Positions 41,255 to 48,603 of a DNA stretch of 64,000 nt are shown here, in pieces; position 1 is the stretch's first letter, and each line of letters starts with the position of its first letter. The stretch comes from an uncultured virus (IMG/VR IMGVR_UViG_3300030085_002899) (taxonomy: Duplodnaviria; Heunggongvirae; Uroviricota; Caudoviricetes): positions 1-64,000 of IMG/VR virus record IMGVR_UViG_3300030085_002899; one strand, 5' to 3'. Under the pieces are notes generated by a model. It was not told the DNA's origin. It saw only the letters and a program-made list of their open reading frames with translations, and searched no databases. The position numbers were made by a program, and so were the translations under genes.

Positions 41255-42127
41255 TTAATTAAGGCTTATGCCTTTGTCTATTAAGTCTTTAACTAAAAGG
41301 TTAAGTACTTTGTTTGAATATTTATTTGAATTACCTGCAAGCATTTCATAATCAGCTGACCAATTAGTTTTATACTTATGTGTTAAGTAATTAGTTACTC
41401 CATTGAATAAACCAAAATGTGTATGACCTTTGTTGTCCATTTCCATTTTGATACACTCCATTAATTCCTTTCTTCTTTCAGCAGTCTTTCTTGGAATTTT
41501 CTTAAGCTTAGAGCTAGCTATAATATCAGCAGTTTTTTCTATTAACTCTGAACTTGGAGAAGCATCAATAAGTTTTGTGTATAGTTTCTTTAAGCCAGAC
41601 ATGTTTCGATTAATCATTTCATTAATCTTATCTGTATTAATTTGCTCTACTTGCTTAGTGTGTTTGATAACATGAACATTATCTTTATTGGACATTAATA
41701 TAGAAAACATATTTGCACAACTGTGCATTCTAGTACTAATACCAAACACTAGTTTTTGACTACCATCATGTGAAGAGAGTGCATAAAGATACTTATCTAT
41801 CTTGTCATCACCAAATACATCATAACTATTTAGCTTAATAAAAAAGTATATTTTTTTACCTCCAGCAAATGAACCGCATCTAGATTCATCTAAGTTGTAA
41901 GAACCATCTTCAAGTTTATCAAGTATAGTATTTAATAAATCTTCATTCTGTATTACTGTATATTGTTTACGCACTGGTCCTAATGCTTGACCTGTTTGGT
42001 CATTAACAGTAGCAAAGAATGGTGTTTCTGCATAGTCATCTGCATGCAATGTATTATATGTATGCATTCTAACTTTGCTAACGGTAAAGTTTAACTGACC
42101 ATATTCTAAAAATTCTTGTTTAGTCAT
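41255..42127 (-). CDS. DUF932/DUF945-family protein
   Basis: LG.V...Y.VIQN, G...GGK, SHDGS, R..CAN, KHT, GLFNGVT.Y.TH. Confidence 0.8.
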   Translation of the reverse strand: MTKQEFLEYGQLNFTVSKVRMHTYNTLHADDYAETPFFATVNDQTGQALGPVRKQYTVIQNEDLLNTILDKLEDGSYNLDESRCGSFAGGKKIYFFIKLNSYDVFGDDKIDKYLYALSSHDGSQKLVFGISTRMHSCANMFSILMSNKDNVHVIKHTKQVEQINTDKINEMINRNMSGLKKLYTKLIDASPSSELIEKTADIIASSKLKKIPRKTAERRKELMECIKMEMDNKGHTHFGLFNGVTNYLTHKYKTNWSADYEMLAGNSNKYSNKVLNLLVKDLIDKGISLN

Positions 42128-42281
42128 CTTCTAAAAGTTTTTTAAGTTTAGTTATAGAAATTAAAAGTTCATTGTCTTCATCAGGTAAATATTCACCGCA
42201 ATAATTAATGTACATAGCAGTAATATCTTTAGCTGTTTTTTCAATAAATTCTAATTCTTTTTTAATTTTTTCTATATCCAT
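42120..42281 (-). CDS. Small hypothetical protein, 53 aa, missing from the ORF track
   Basis: MDIEKIKKELEFIEKTAKDITAMYINYCGEYLPDEDNELLISITKLKKLLEDD. Confidence 0.55.
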   Translation of the reverse strand: MDIEKIKKELEFIEKTAKDITAMYINYCGEYLPDEDNELLISITKLKKLLEDD

Positions 42282-42296
42282 AATTTTGTATAAAAA

Positions 42297-42382
42297 TATA
42301 TAAGGCGCACGTCCAATTCGTCAGGCTCGCACTAGTGAGACGGTCTTAAAAGAAGGTACACTACCTCTTCTTACCTTATATA
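42297..42382 (-). other. Multi-branch intergenic RNA structure
   Basis: Closing stem UAUAUAAGG/CCUUAUAUA enclosing AGGUA-GUG-UACCU and CGUC...GACG stems. Confidence 0.5.
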
Positions 42383-43849
42383 TTAAAGTTTAACTCCAAA
42401 TCTAGAGGCTCTAGCTTTTACATAAAGCCAAACCTTTTCAAAATCTTTGCTGTTAAGCGAGTATTTAAGAACATCTTTTAAAGTTATTCTATGCTTATCA
42501 CTCAAACCACAATTCCATATACGTCGTTGTTGGTTTTCAGCAAATTTTACAATAGACATACATATTAAAATCCAATTATAGATTTTATTAAAGTCTAGTG
42601 TACCACTATGATTACGAAATTCAATTGTATCAGGTCCTGTTGCACAAGAATAATTAGTCATATTTAACCAATAATATCTTTGGCTATTGTAGTGACCACC
42701 AGGATGGTTTTTCTTCTTATTGTATGTCCTATCTATAACCATGTTCATAATTAACTTACCAAGATTATCTCTATAATTTCTAAAGTTTAATTCTGAAACA
42801 TAATTAGGTAGTTTTCTACAATAAGTATTATCATTCCTAGATTGAGGTAACATAGCGTATAAATCAGATTCTATTTCTTTACACAACCTAGCTACCATAA
42901 TAGAAAATCTACGATTAAAAGAAGCACCACCTATATGAACATGAACACCACACTTTCTATCTACTTTAGCGTTGTGTTCATTTAAGTAGTCACACATTTC
43001 TCTAATAGTTTTTATGCCTTTATTACCATGCAGTACACCTGAAACGAATTCATGACCATCAGTTGAACCGTCATAGACAGCTTTCATGTTTATGTTTGGT
43101 GTATAAGGAACGTCTTTAGAGAAAGAAGTTTCTAATTCAACTCCAAAAGTATATTTCATACCAGATGTTTTCGTAAAGTCTACAAATGCTTCTCTTGTGT
43201 AAATATCTGTAAAAGCTGAATCAAAAGTTTCTCCTGTTGTGTTATAGCTACAACAATAGTCTGTATCTTCATGAACATATTCATCACAACAGTCTCTATA
43301 AACAATTCCATGCATTTCTGCAACTTCTGAATCTATATAATATTCGTCGTTATAACATATATAGTCTTCACTTGTAGAATAACCTTCTTCATATCTACCT
43401 GTCCATACATAATTGCAGCAGGTTTGTTCAGCACACAATCTTACACCTGAACCATTAAAACTTTCATCAGGTTCTAAGACACAATAAACATCATTATCAT
43501 AAGTATCATTGAACAAAACAAAACCTTCTGCTATAACGCAGTATAGTATATAGTTTTGTTCTAATATTTTAAGATACTTAATTATTAACTCTTTGTCTGG
43601 ATGTTCTCTAGGACTTCTAAATCTTAACCATTCAAGTAAAGACCTTTCTCTTGTAACGCCAAACGCTTCAAACTCTATATTAAAATTACAACCGATAAGT
43701 ATTTTAATTCTTTCGAATTCTGTTTGAGTAAAGCTTGATAAATCTATAGGCGGAACTTCAACAAATTCATCTGTATAATCTCGTACAGATGTTAATACAA
43801 TTTCTTGTCTTCTTTCTTCTACGAATAAATCTAAGGTATTTGTTGGCAT
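42383..43849 (-). CDS. Putative amidoligase (COOH-NH2 ligase, Amidoligase_2)
   Basis: FGVELE, DGS, EFVS, CGVHVH, RY..LN, TIEFR.H.GTL motifs; Cys-rich N-terminal half. Confidence 0.9.
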   Translation of the reverse strand: MPTNTLDLFVEERRQEIVLTSVRDYTDEFVEVPPIDLSSFTQTEFERIKILIGCNFNIEFEAFGVTRERSLLEWLRFRSPREHPDKELIIKYLKILEQNYILYCVIAEGFVLFNDTYDNDVYCVLEPDESFNGSGVRLCAEQTCCNYVWTGRYEEGYSTSEDYICYNDEYYIDSEVAEMHGIVYRDCCDEYVHEDTDYCCSYNTTGETFDSAFTDIYTREAFVDFTKTSGMKYTFGVELETSFSKDVPYTPNINMKAVYDGSTDGHEFVSGVLHGNKGIKTIREMCDYLNEHNAKVDRKCGVHVHIGGASFNRRFSIMVARLCKEIESDLYAMLPQSRNDNTYCRKLPNYVSELNFRNYRDNLGKLIMNMVIDRTYNKKKNHPGGHYNSQRYYWLNMTNYSCATGPDTIEFRNHSGTLDFNKIYNWILICMSIVKFAENQQRRIWNCGLSDKHRITLKDVLKYSLNSKDFEKVWLYVKARASRFGVKL

Positions 43850-43992
43850 AACTTAATGGTATTATCTATTATACACTTAAGTTCTTCAATATCAGGACTT
43901 TTTCCTTTACGACTCTCAAGGTTTTCTACAGCTTGAGATAACTCATTAGCAAATTCTGAATCTGCGCAGAGTATAAGTAGTTTTTCTAACAT
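43831..43992 (-). CDS. Small hypothetical protein, 53 aa, missing from the ORF track
   Basis: MLEKLLILCADSEFANELSQAVENLESRKGKSPDIEELKCIIDNTIKLCQQIP; fills the gap. Confidence 0.5.
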   Translation of the reverse strand: MLEKLLILCADSEFANELSQAVENLESRKGKSPDIEELKCIIDNTIKLCQQIP

Positions 43993-43993
43993 A

Positions 43994-44929
43994 TTACACG
44001 TAAATTTCTTGTTCGACTAAATCTAAAAACATTTGTATTTTTTCTATATCTTTTTCGTCAATAGAATTAAACTCTTTCATGTTTTTAAACATTTCATTAA
44101 CTGATTCAAATCCTTGTGACATACAGTTATAATAATCTTCAGTATAAGGTTCAGGTAAACTATTTGTATCTAGTACGTTAAAAGACCTATTCCATGTATT
44201 CTCTTCTGCTTCAGTCCACGAAGATTTGATTGAAGCCGTACCGTTTCCCATGTAATCTCCATACTCGTACCAATTTTTGCTATTAACTTTCGTTATAGCT
44301 GTAACAGGTATTTTAACAGAGTCAACAAGCTCACCAGTAGGAGAGTATATAAATAACTTATCCTTAGTTACTTCTTTAACTTTATTTTCGTCAAATAAAA
44401 TATCTAAACATTCACGTCTTGAACTAAAGTATATACCAGTTTCATCTCTGTATCTAAACAAAGGATTATTTCTACGATATACATAAAGTTGACCATCGCT
44501 TTGAGTAAATACAGCGTTAATTGTACCACCAAAAGAACCTAAAGTAGCATAGTCATCAGTCTTTTTAAGTACGCTATATATTGCTTTTGAATCAACATCT
44601 ACGTCATCTAACTCGTGGTCAAATAAAACATCTTCAAAATTGTCTAACACACCATTGTGTACACCAACGTATTTACCGTAAGTATAAGGGTGTGTGTTCT
44701 CAGCGGTTTTAGCACCATGAGTTCCATACCTAGTATGACCTATAAACAATTGTGATTTTGTTTCATCCATTAATGATAAAAGGTTAGGAGAGTCATCTAA
44801 GCATTTGTATATTTTTCCATCTGTATACAAACCAGCTGAGTGTCCGCCTCTATTATCATTGTCGTGCATCATAAACATTAATTTGTTCATGTTAGCACCT
44901 TCTCCTATATATGCAACTATTCCACACAT
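43994..44929 (-). CDS. Class II (Ntn) glutamine amidotransferase
   Basis: MCGIV N-terminal Cys, RG..SAG, GHTRY.THG, NTHP, HNG, VDS. Confidence 0.92.
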   Translation of the reverse strand: MCGIVAYIGEGANMNKLMFMMHDNDNRGGHSAGLYTDGKIYKCLDDSPNLLSLMDETKSQLFIGHTRYGTHGAKTAENTHPYTYGKYVGVHNGVLDNFEDVLFDHELDDVDVDSKAIYSVLKKTDDYATLGSFGGTINAVFTQSDGQLYVYRRNNPLFRYRDETGIYFSSRRECLDILFDENKVKEVTKDKLFIYSPTGELVDSVKIPVTAITKVNSKNWYEYGDYMGNGTASIKSSWTEAEENTWNRSFNVLDTNSLPEPYTEDYYNCMSQGFESVNEMFKNMKEFNSIDEKDIEKIQMFLDLVEQEIYV

Positions 44930-45147
44930 TTCTTTTTACTTTTAATAGTTTTTGATTTATTTTTTTGAGAGTATTGAGTTATAAATTCATTTTCTTCGTC
45001 AGAAATTAACTCATTTTCTGCGAGTGAACGAAGTTTAAGTTCTTCTTCGTATTGTTCATCTTGTACTTCATAGTATTTGGCATCATATAAAGAGTCAAGA
45101 GCTATGCGCTCTTGCTCTTCAATGAATTTGTCTTTCATTCTACCCAT
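44917..45147 (-). CDS. Small acidic hypothetical protein
   Basis: MGRMKDKFIEEQE start; fits the operon. Confidence 0.6.
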   Translation of the reverse strand: MGRMKDKFIEEQERIALDSLYDAKYYEVQDEQYEEELKLRSLAENELISDEENEFITQYSQKNKSKTIKSKKKCVE

Positions 45148-45152
45148 GGCTA

Positions 45153-45593
45153 CTATTCTTCCAAGACAAATTTTGGTAAACCATTAGTACCGATATACAT
45201 ACCAGAAGCTTTAAAGGTTATCTTAGCACCTTTCCAAGTTACTGTATACTCAACTTGATTGTCTTCAAATTTCTGTTCAAAAACATTATCATCAATTTGA
45301 AGCATGCTAAGCTGCTTATTATCAGTAGTTTCTCCGCTATCTTCAGCAAAATAAAAACCTTCATTAGGTTGTGTATTTTCCATAGCTTTGTTAACAATAG
45401 CATTACTCTTTGTATCAATGTTATGAGTCTTACGTATCTTACTTAACTTGTTTTCAATCGCATGTCTTGTGCGTCCAAGTCTAGCAGCAAGCTCATCATT
45501 TGATAAGTGCATATTATTAATTAAAAATTGTACGTGTTCTACCGACCAAGGTAGACGTGTGATTCTTTTAGGCGTAGTTCTTTTAGTAGCCAT
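45153..45593 (-). CDS. Early protein with N-terminal HTH (Myb-like W.....L......S..ELA..LGRT..AI)
   Basis: PWSVEHVQFL...SNDELAARLGRTRHAIENKL; start taken at ATG 45593. Confidence 0.6.
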   Translation of the reverse strand: MATKRTTPKRITRLPWSVEHVQFLINNMHLSNDELAARLGRTRHAIENKLSKIRKTHNIDTKSNAIVNKAMENTQPNEGFYFAEDSGETTDNKQLSMLQIDDNVFEQKFEDNQVEYTVTWKGAKITFKASGMYIGTNGLPKFVLEE

Positions 45594-45653
45594 AATAAAA
45601 AAATTAAAGGTATATTGTGTATTGTATTTTATAGTTAGCAACACAACTTAACT

Positions 45654-45674
45654 AACTGTAGGGGAAGAAGAAAA
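45654..45674 (-). promoter_or_regulatory. Repeated motif TTTTCTTCTTC-N5-CAGTT, candidate virion-RNAP early promoter, copy 3
   Basis: Plus strand AACTG-TAGGG-GAAGAAGAAAA; same spacing in all three intergenic copies. Confidence 0.6.
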
Positions 45675-45678
45675 TCAA

Positions 45679-45846
45679 CTAATTAGTATAGAACATAAGA
45701 GCTCTTAACTTGATTATAAATTGAGAGTGTGTTATATACTCTTCTTCATATTCTTTTAGTAAATTTCTTACTTGCATTAATTTAGATTCCATAGCGTTTA
45801 TTCTAGCGCTCATGTAATTCATATTTTCGTTATTATACTCAGGCAT
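45679..45846 (-). CDS. Small hypothetical protein, 55 aa, missing from the ORF track
   Basis: MPEYNNENMNYMSARINAMESKLMQVRNLLKEYEEEYITHSQFIIKLRALMFYTN. Confidence 0.5.
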   Translation of the reverse strand: MPEYNNENMNYMSARINAMESKLMQVRNLLKEYEEEYITHSQFIIKLRALMFYTN

Positions 45847-45964
45847 AACATGTGTATTTAATTAAAAGCCAATAGGCAGAGCCGTTAAGCTCCACCATTG
45901 ACACTGACTTTGCCTAGCACCCCTGCTAGGACTTTTCACTTTATGCAGCACTCACGCAGCTTGC

Positions 45965-46168
45965 TCATCGTTCTAACTTTTTAAGTTTAGCTTCAAGTTT
46001 TTTCATTTGTTTAGTACCTAAACTTCTGTGAGGTTCTTGCATGTAATCTCTTATACCTCTTGCAGTACTAATTTGTTCTTGATACGCAGCGTTGCGTTCA
46101 ATAGCTTGCTCTCTGCGAAGCTCTTCACGTTCTTTACGTGGTAATACTAATCCAGCCATAGCTTTCAA
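45965..46168 (-). CDS. Small charged helical early protein
   Basis: MAGLVLPRKEREELRREQAIERN... coiled coil; start probably at the internal ATG. Confidence 0.55.
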   Translation of the reverse strand: MKAMAGLVLPRKEREELRREQAIERNAAYQEQISTARGIRDYMQEPHRSLGTKQMKKLEAKLKKLER

Positions 46169-46194
46169 TTTAGTTTAGTTAATGAATAAAAAAA

Positions 46195-46282
46195 ATAAGC
46201 AGGCTCATATATTGCCACAGGAATTTCACCTGTTTGGGCTATATGATACCCAAATGGTTTTTACATCAAGCTACCTGCTTAT
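46195..46282 (-). ncRNA. Structured RNA element of unknown class
   Basis: Closing stem AUAAGCAGG/CCUGCUUAU with inner UUUGGG/CCCAAA and ACAGG/CCUGU stems, followed by a U-tract. Confidence 0.45.
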
Positions 46283-46567
46283 ATAGTCTTTCCTATTAGT
46301 CACCACACAACACTTATTGTTCCTAGAGGTTGCTTTCTTGGGTGCTTACGGTGCATCATACCGCCCATCTTGGCCAACAGATGAGGTTGTTAATACATGT
46401 TGATAAATTGCAATCTCTTAAATATAAATACATTACATAAGAAACTACCACGCATCCACTTGACTATTAAAATTAAAAGTTGTAACTTCGAATCAAAATG
46501 TCGTAAGCCTCTACGCATTACTGCTCAATCTCCTAAATAGAGCAGAATCCCAAATCAGAAGAAAAGG

Positions 46568-46588
46568 AACTGAATGGGAAGAAGAAAA
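46568..46588 (-). promoter_or_regulatory. Repeated motif TTTTCTTCTTC-N5-CAGTT, candidate early promoter, copy 2
   Basis: Plus strand AACTG-AATGG-GAAGAAGAAAA. Confidence 0.6.
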
Positions 46589-46718
46589 AACAACCCACAT
46601 ACTACTCAGTATCAAGTACTTAGCGCAAGCACAACGCAAGTCTATCGACCAAAACAACCTAAAGGTAGCCGATATAGGCGTGTAGGGTGTAGTTCACACA
46701 CACACTCAAATACAGAAA

Positions 46719-46757
46719 ACTACTGGGTATTTACTGCAGTACTACTGGGTATTTACT
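46719..46757. repeat. 17-bp direct repeat ACTACTGGGTATTTACT x2 (22-bp period)
   Basis: Exact copies at 46719-46735 and 46741-46757. Confidence 0.85.
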
Positions 46758-46770
46758 AGATGATAGTGAG

Positions 46771-46795
46771 AAAAGGTGCACCCGAAGGCACACCT
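46771..46795 (-). terminator. Intrinsic terminator after the first early gene
   Basis: AGGUGUGCC-UUCG-GGUGCACCU followed by UUUCUC. Confidence 0.7.
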
Positions 46796-46811
46796 GCTCA
46801 GTAGTTAGGTT

Positions 46812-47594
46812 CTAGAAGTCTATGTCCTCTTCAGAGCTAACGACAGCGTCTATCTCGTCAAGAGACTTAACTTTGTTAGCAACTTTAGGCTTACTCTTCG
46901 TACCCGACTTAGACATGATGTAAGTCTTACCTCTATTAGAAGTAAGTTTACAGTCTAGAGTCACACCCGACAATTCCTTGAGGTCAAATCCTTTCTCTTG
47001 AAACCACACTAAAAGCGTTTCGCTTGTGTGTTGCACAATGTTTAGGATAAGACCTGGAATCTTGTAAGGACGTACGTTGTCTTTACTACTAGGGTCAAAC
47101 TTATCAGGGTTAGATAAATCCTCCATACTCAAACCTGTTTCACTTTCAATGTAAGTAAATAAGTTTGGGTGAAGCATTTCATCATCATCCTCAATAAGTC
47201 TTAGACCACGAAGACAAGCTATTGCTTTACGCAAAGCACCACTACCTATAGAAGGCATAGCACCCTCTGTAGTAAGCGTCACAACTCTGTCTGGTTGACC
47301 CTCTACACCGATAGTAGAAAGGTCAGGAAAGAACCACGTTACAAACACTTTCCCTTGGGAAGGCTTGCACTTAACAAACTCAACCTTGTGTACTTTTTCA
47401 GCACCACAATATTCAGGATGTTCGGCTTTCTCCAAACGAACATGAGAGTAGTTGCCTACGTTAGCTTGACGATATTTGTCAAACCACCCGTAAGGCTTTA
47501 CGCTTGTAGTTGATGACAACTCACTTGCAGAATGCCCTGCACTAGCTTGTTCCTTAGAACCTAACATACCATTAACTTTAGATAATAAATCCAT
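46812..47594 (-). CDS. First early gene; hypothetical, possibly ssDNA-binding protein
   Basis: 260 aa with a basic linker then an acidic-aromatic tail SEEDIDF; has its own motif copy and terminator. Confidence 0.6.
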   Translation of the reverse strand: MDLLSKVNGMLGSKEQASAGHSASELSSTTSVKPYGWFDKYRQANVGNYSHVRLEKAEHPEYCGAEKVHKVEFVKCKPSQGKVFVTWFFPDLSTIGVEGQPDRVVTLTTEGAMPSIGSGALRKAIACLRGLRLIEDDDEMLHPNLFTYIESETGLSMEDLSNPDKFDPSSKDNVRPYKIPGLILNIVQHTSETLLVWFQEKGFDLKELSGVTLDCKLTSNRGKTYIMSKSGTKSKPKVANKVKSLDEIDAVVSSEEDIDF

Positions 47595-47654
47595 AACGTC
47601 AATAATATTAAATCCATTAACTTAAACCCTAATGGTTGGGTTGCTACTTAGTGT

Positions 47655-47675
47655 AGCTGTTGTTGAAGAAGAAAA
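47655..47675 (-). promoter_or_regulatory. Repeated motif TTTTCTTCTTC-N5-CAGCT, candidate early promoter, copy 1
   Basis: Plus strand AGCTG-TTGTT-GAAGAAGAAAA. Confidence 0.6.
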
Positions 47676-47777
47676 CTCTCCGTCACAATTACGGGGTGGG
47701 TGTACAAAATTTGGAGGTAGTAGGGGCAGTATACTATAAGACAATCGCACTCACAAAAACATAAAAAATTTTTTCAG

Positions 47778-47785
47778 TATATTTG
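47778..47785 (+). promoter_or_regulatory. TAnnTTTG -7 element heading the late strand
   Basis: TATATTTG ending 22 nt before ATG 47807. Confidence 0.55.
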
Positions 47786-47806
47786 AAAAATAATAAAAAA
47801 AAAATT

Positions 47807-48007
47807 ATGCCTGGTAAATCAAAAAAAACTACAAAAGTTAAACCTTTATTAAGTAAAGGTAGTAATACACGTAAATTTCTAGATACAGCAGTGTCAGTTA
47901 TAGGTGGACCAGCTGTTATGGCTTATAAAGGTTTAAAGAATGTCCAAAAGAAACGTAAAGCCTCTGGAATGGTTAAGAAAAGAGGTGGTTTAATACAACA
48001 CGATTAA
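47807..48007 (+). CDS. Small basic protein (MPGK...KKRGGLIQHD)
   Basis: Lys-rich; termini shared with the next gene. Confidence 0.6.
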   Translation: MPGKSKKTTKVKPLLSKGSNTRKFLDTAVSVIGGPAVMAYKGLKNVQKKRKASGMVKKRGGLIQHD

Positions 48008-48008
48008 T

Positions 48009-48230
48009 ATGCCAGGTAAAAATAAAACAGCAGCAGCTTTCAAGAAAGCAGGCCCAGGACAAAGAAAAAAAATTATGGAAGACCCATTGTATGGAAAAGG
48101 GTCTGGTAGTGGTACTATAAGTAAGAGCAAAGGTTTTAATTTTACTAGTTTGTTAAGTGAGAGGCTTAAAAAGAAAGCACAAAGTTTAATGAAAATGAAA
48201 AAAGGTGGTTCTTTGAATCAATACGATTAG
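48009..48230 (+). CDS. Small basic protein (MPGK...MKKGGSLNQYD)
   Basis: Lys-rich; termini shared with the previous gene. Confidence 0.6.
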   Translation: MPGKNKTAAAFKKAGPGQRKKIMEDPLYGKGSGSGTISKSKGFNFTSLLSERLKKKAQSLMKMKKGGSLNQYD

Positions 48231-48275
48231 GATTTAATAATTGCTTTACATATAATATGTTTGTTTGGTTGAATT

Positions 48276-48303
48276 AGGGTAGCTTTCGGGTTACCCTTTT
48301 TTT
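48276..48303 (+). terminator. Intrinsic terminator
   Basis: AGGGUAGCU-UUCG-GGUUACCCU followed by a U-tract. Confidence 0.8.
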
Positions 48304-48306
48304 GTA

Positions 48307-48314
48307 TATATTTG
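48307..48314 (+). promoter_or_regulatory. TAnnTTTG -7 element
   Basis: TATATTTG right after the terminator, ATG at 48319. Confidence 0.55.
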
Positions 48315-48318
48315 TATT

Positions 48319-48603
48319 ATGACAAGAAGTAAGTTTGGAATTGTTCGTGAAAGCAAGGACGGAACTATTAAAGGTTACGTTGACATGGGCGAAAAATATT
48401 TTTGTTACAACGAAATAGATGTATTTGATAGTTATTTAGATATGGGCTATAGTGTTGTAAACAATTGTTATGTTATGGTTGGTGGAAATAGGACTACTTA
48501 TTTATATAGGTATCGTACAGAGCATGGTGAAAAGGTCGAAGAAAGTGTAGACGAATTCACTCACCCAACTATGATGATGGTAACGGAGCTAAAAGTAAAT
48601 TAA
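48319..48603 (+). CDS. Hypothetical protein
   Basis: 94-aa ORF at the head of the terminase operon. Confidence 0.6.
   Translation: MTRSKFGIVRESKDGTIKGYVDMGEKYFCYNEIDVFDSYLDMGYSVVNNCYVMVGGNRTTYLYRYRTEHGEKVEESVDEFTHPTMMMVTELKVN

Noticed and set aside
42318..42326. Hammerhead ribozyme core CUGACGA on the minus strand
   Set aside because: No correctly placed GAAA and stem II/III.
46195..46282. tRNA gene (T-arm-like CAGGUGAAAUUCCUG and D-arm-like UAGCUUGAUG)
   Set aside because: No canonical cloverleaf spacing, no GUUC loop and no 7-nt anticodon loop. Kept only as an unclassified structured RNA.
46719..46757. CRISPR mini-array
   Set aside because: Only two 17-bp copies separated by 5 bp, and no cas genes.
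46574..46759. 61-aa + strand ORF in the early control region
   Set aside because: It runs against the local transcription direction, overlaps the repeated motif and the tandem repeat, and has no recognisable features.
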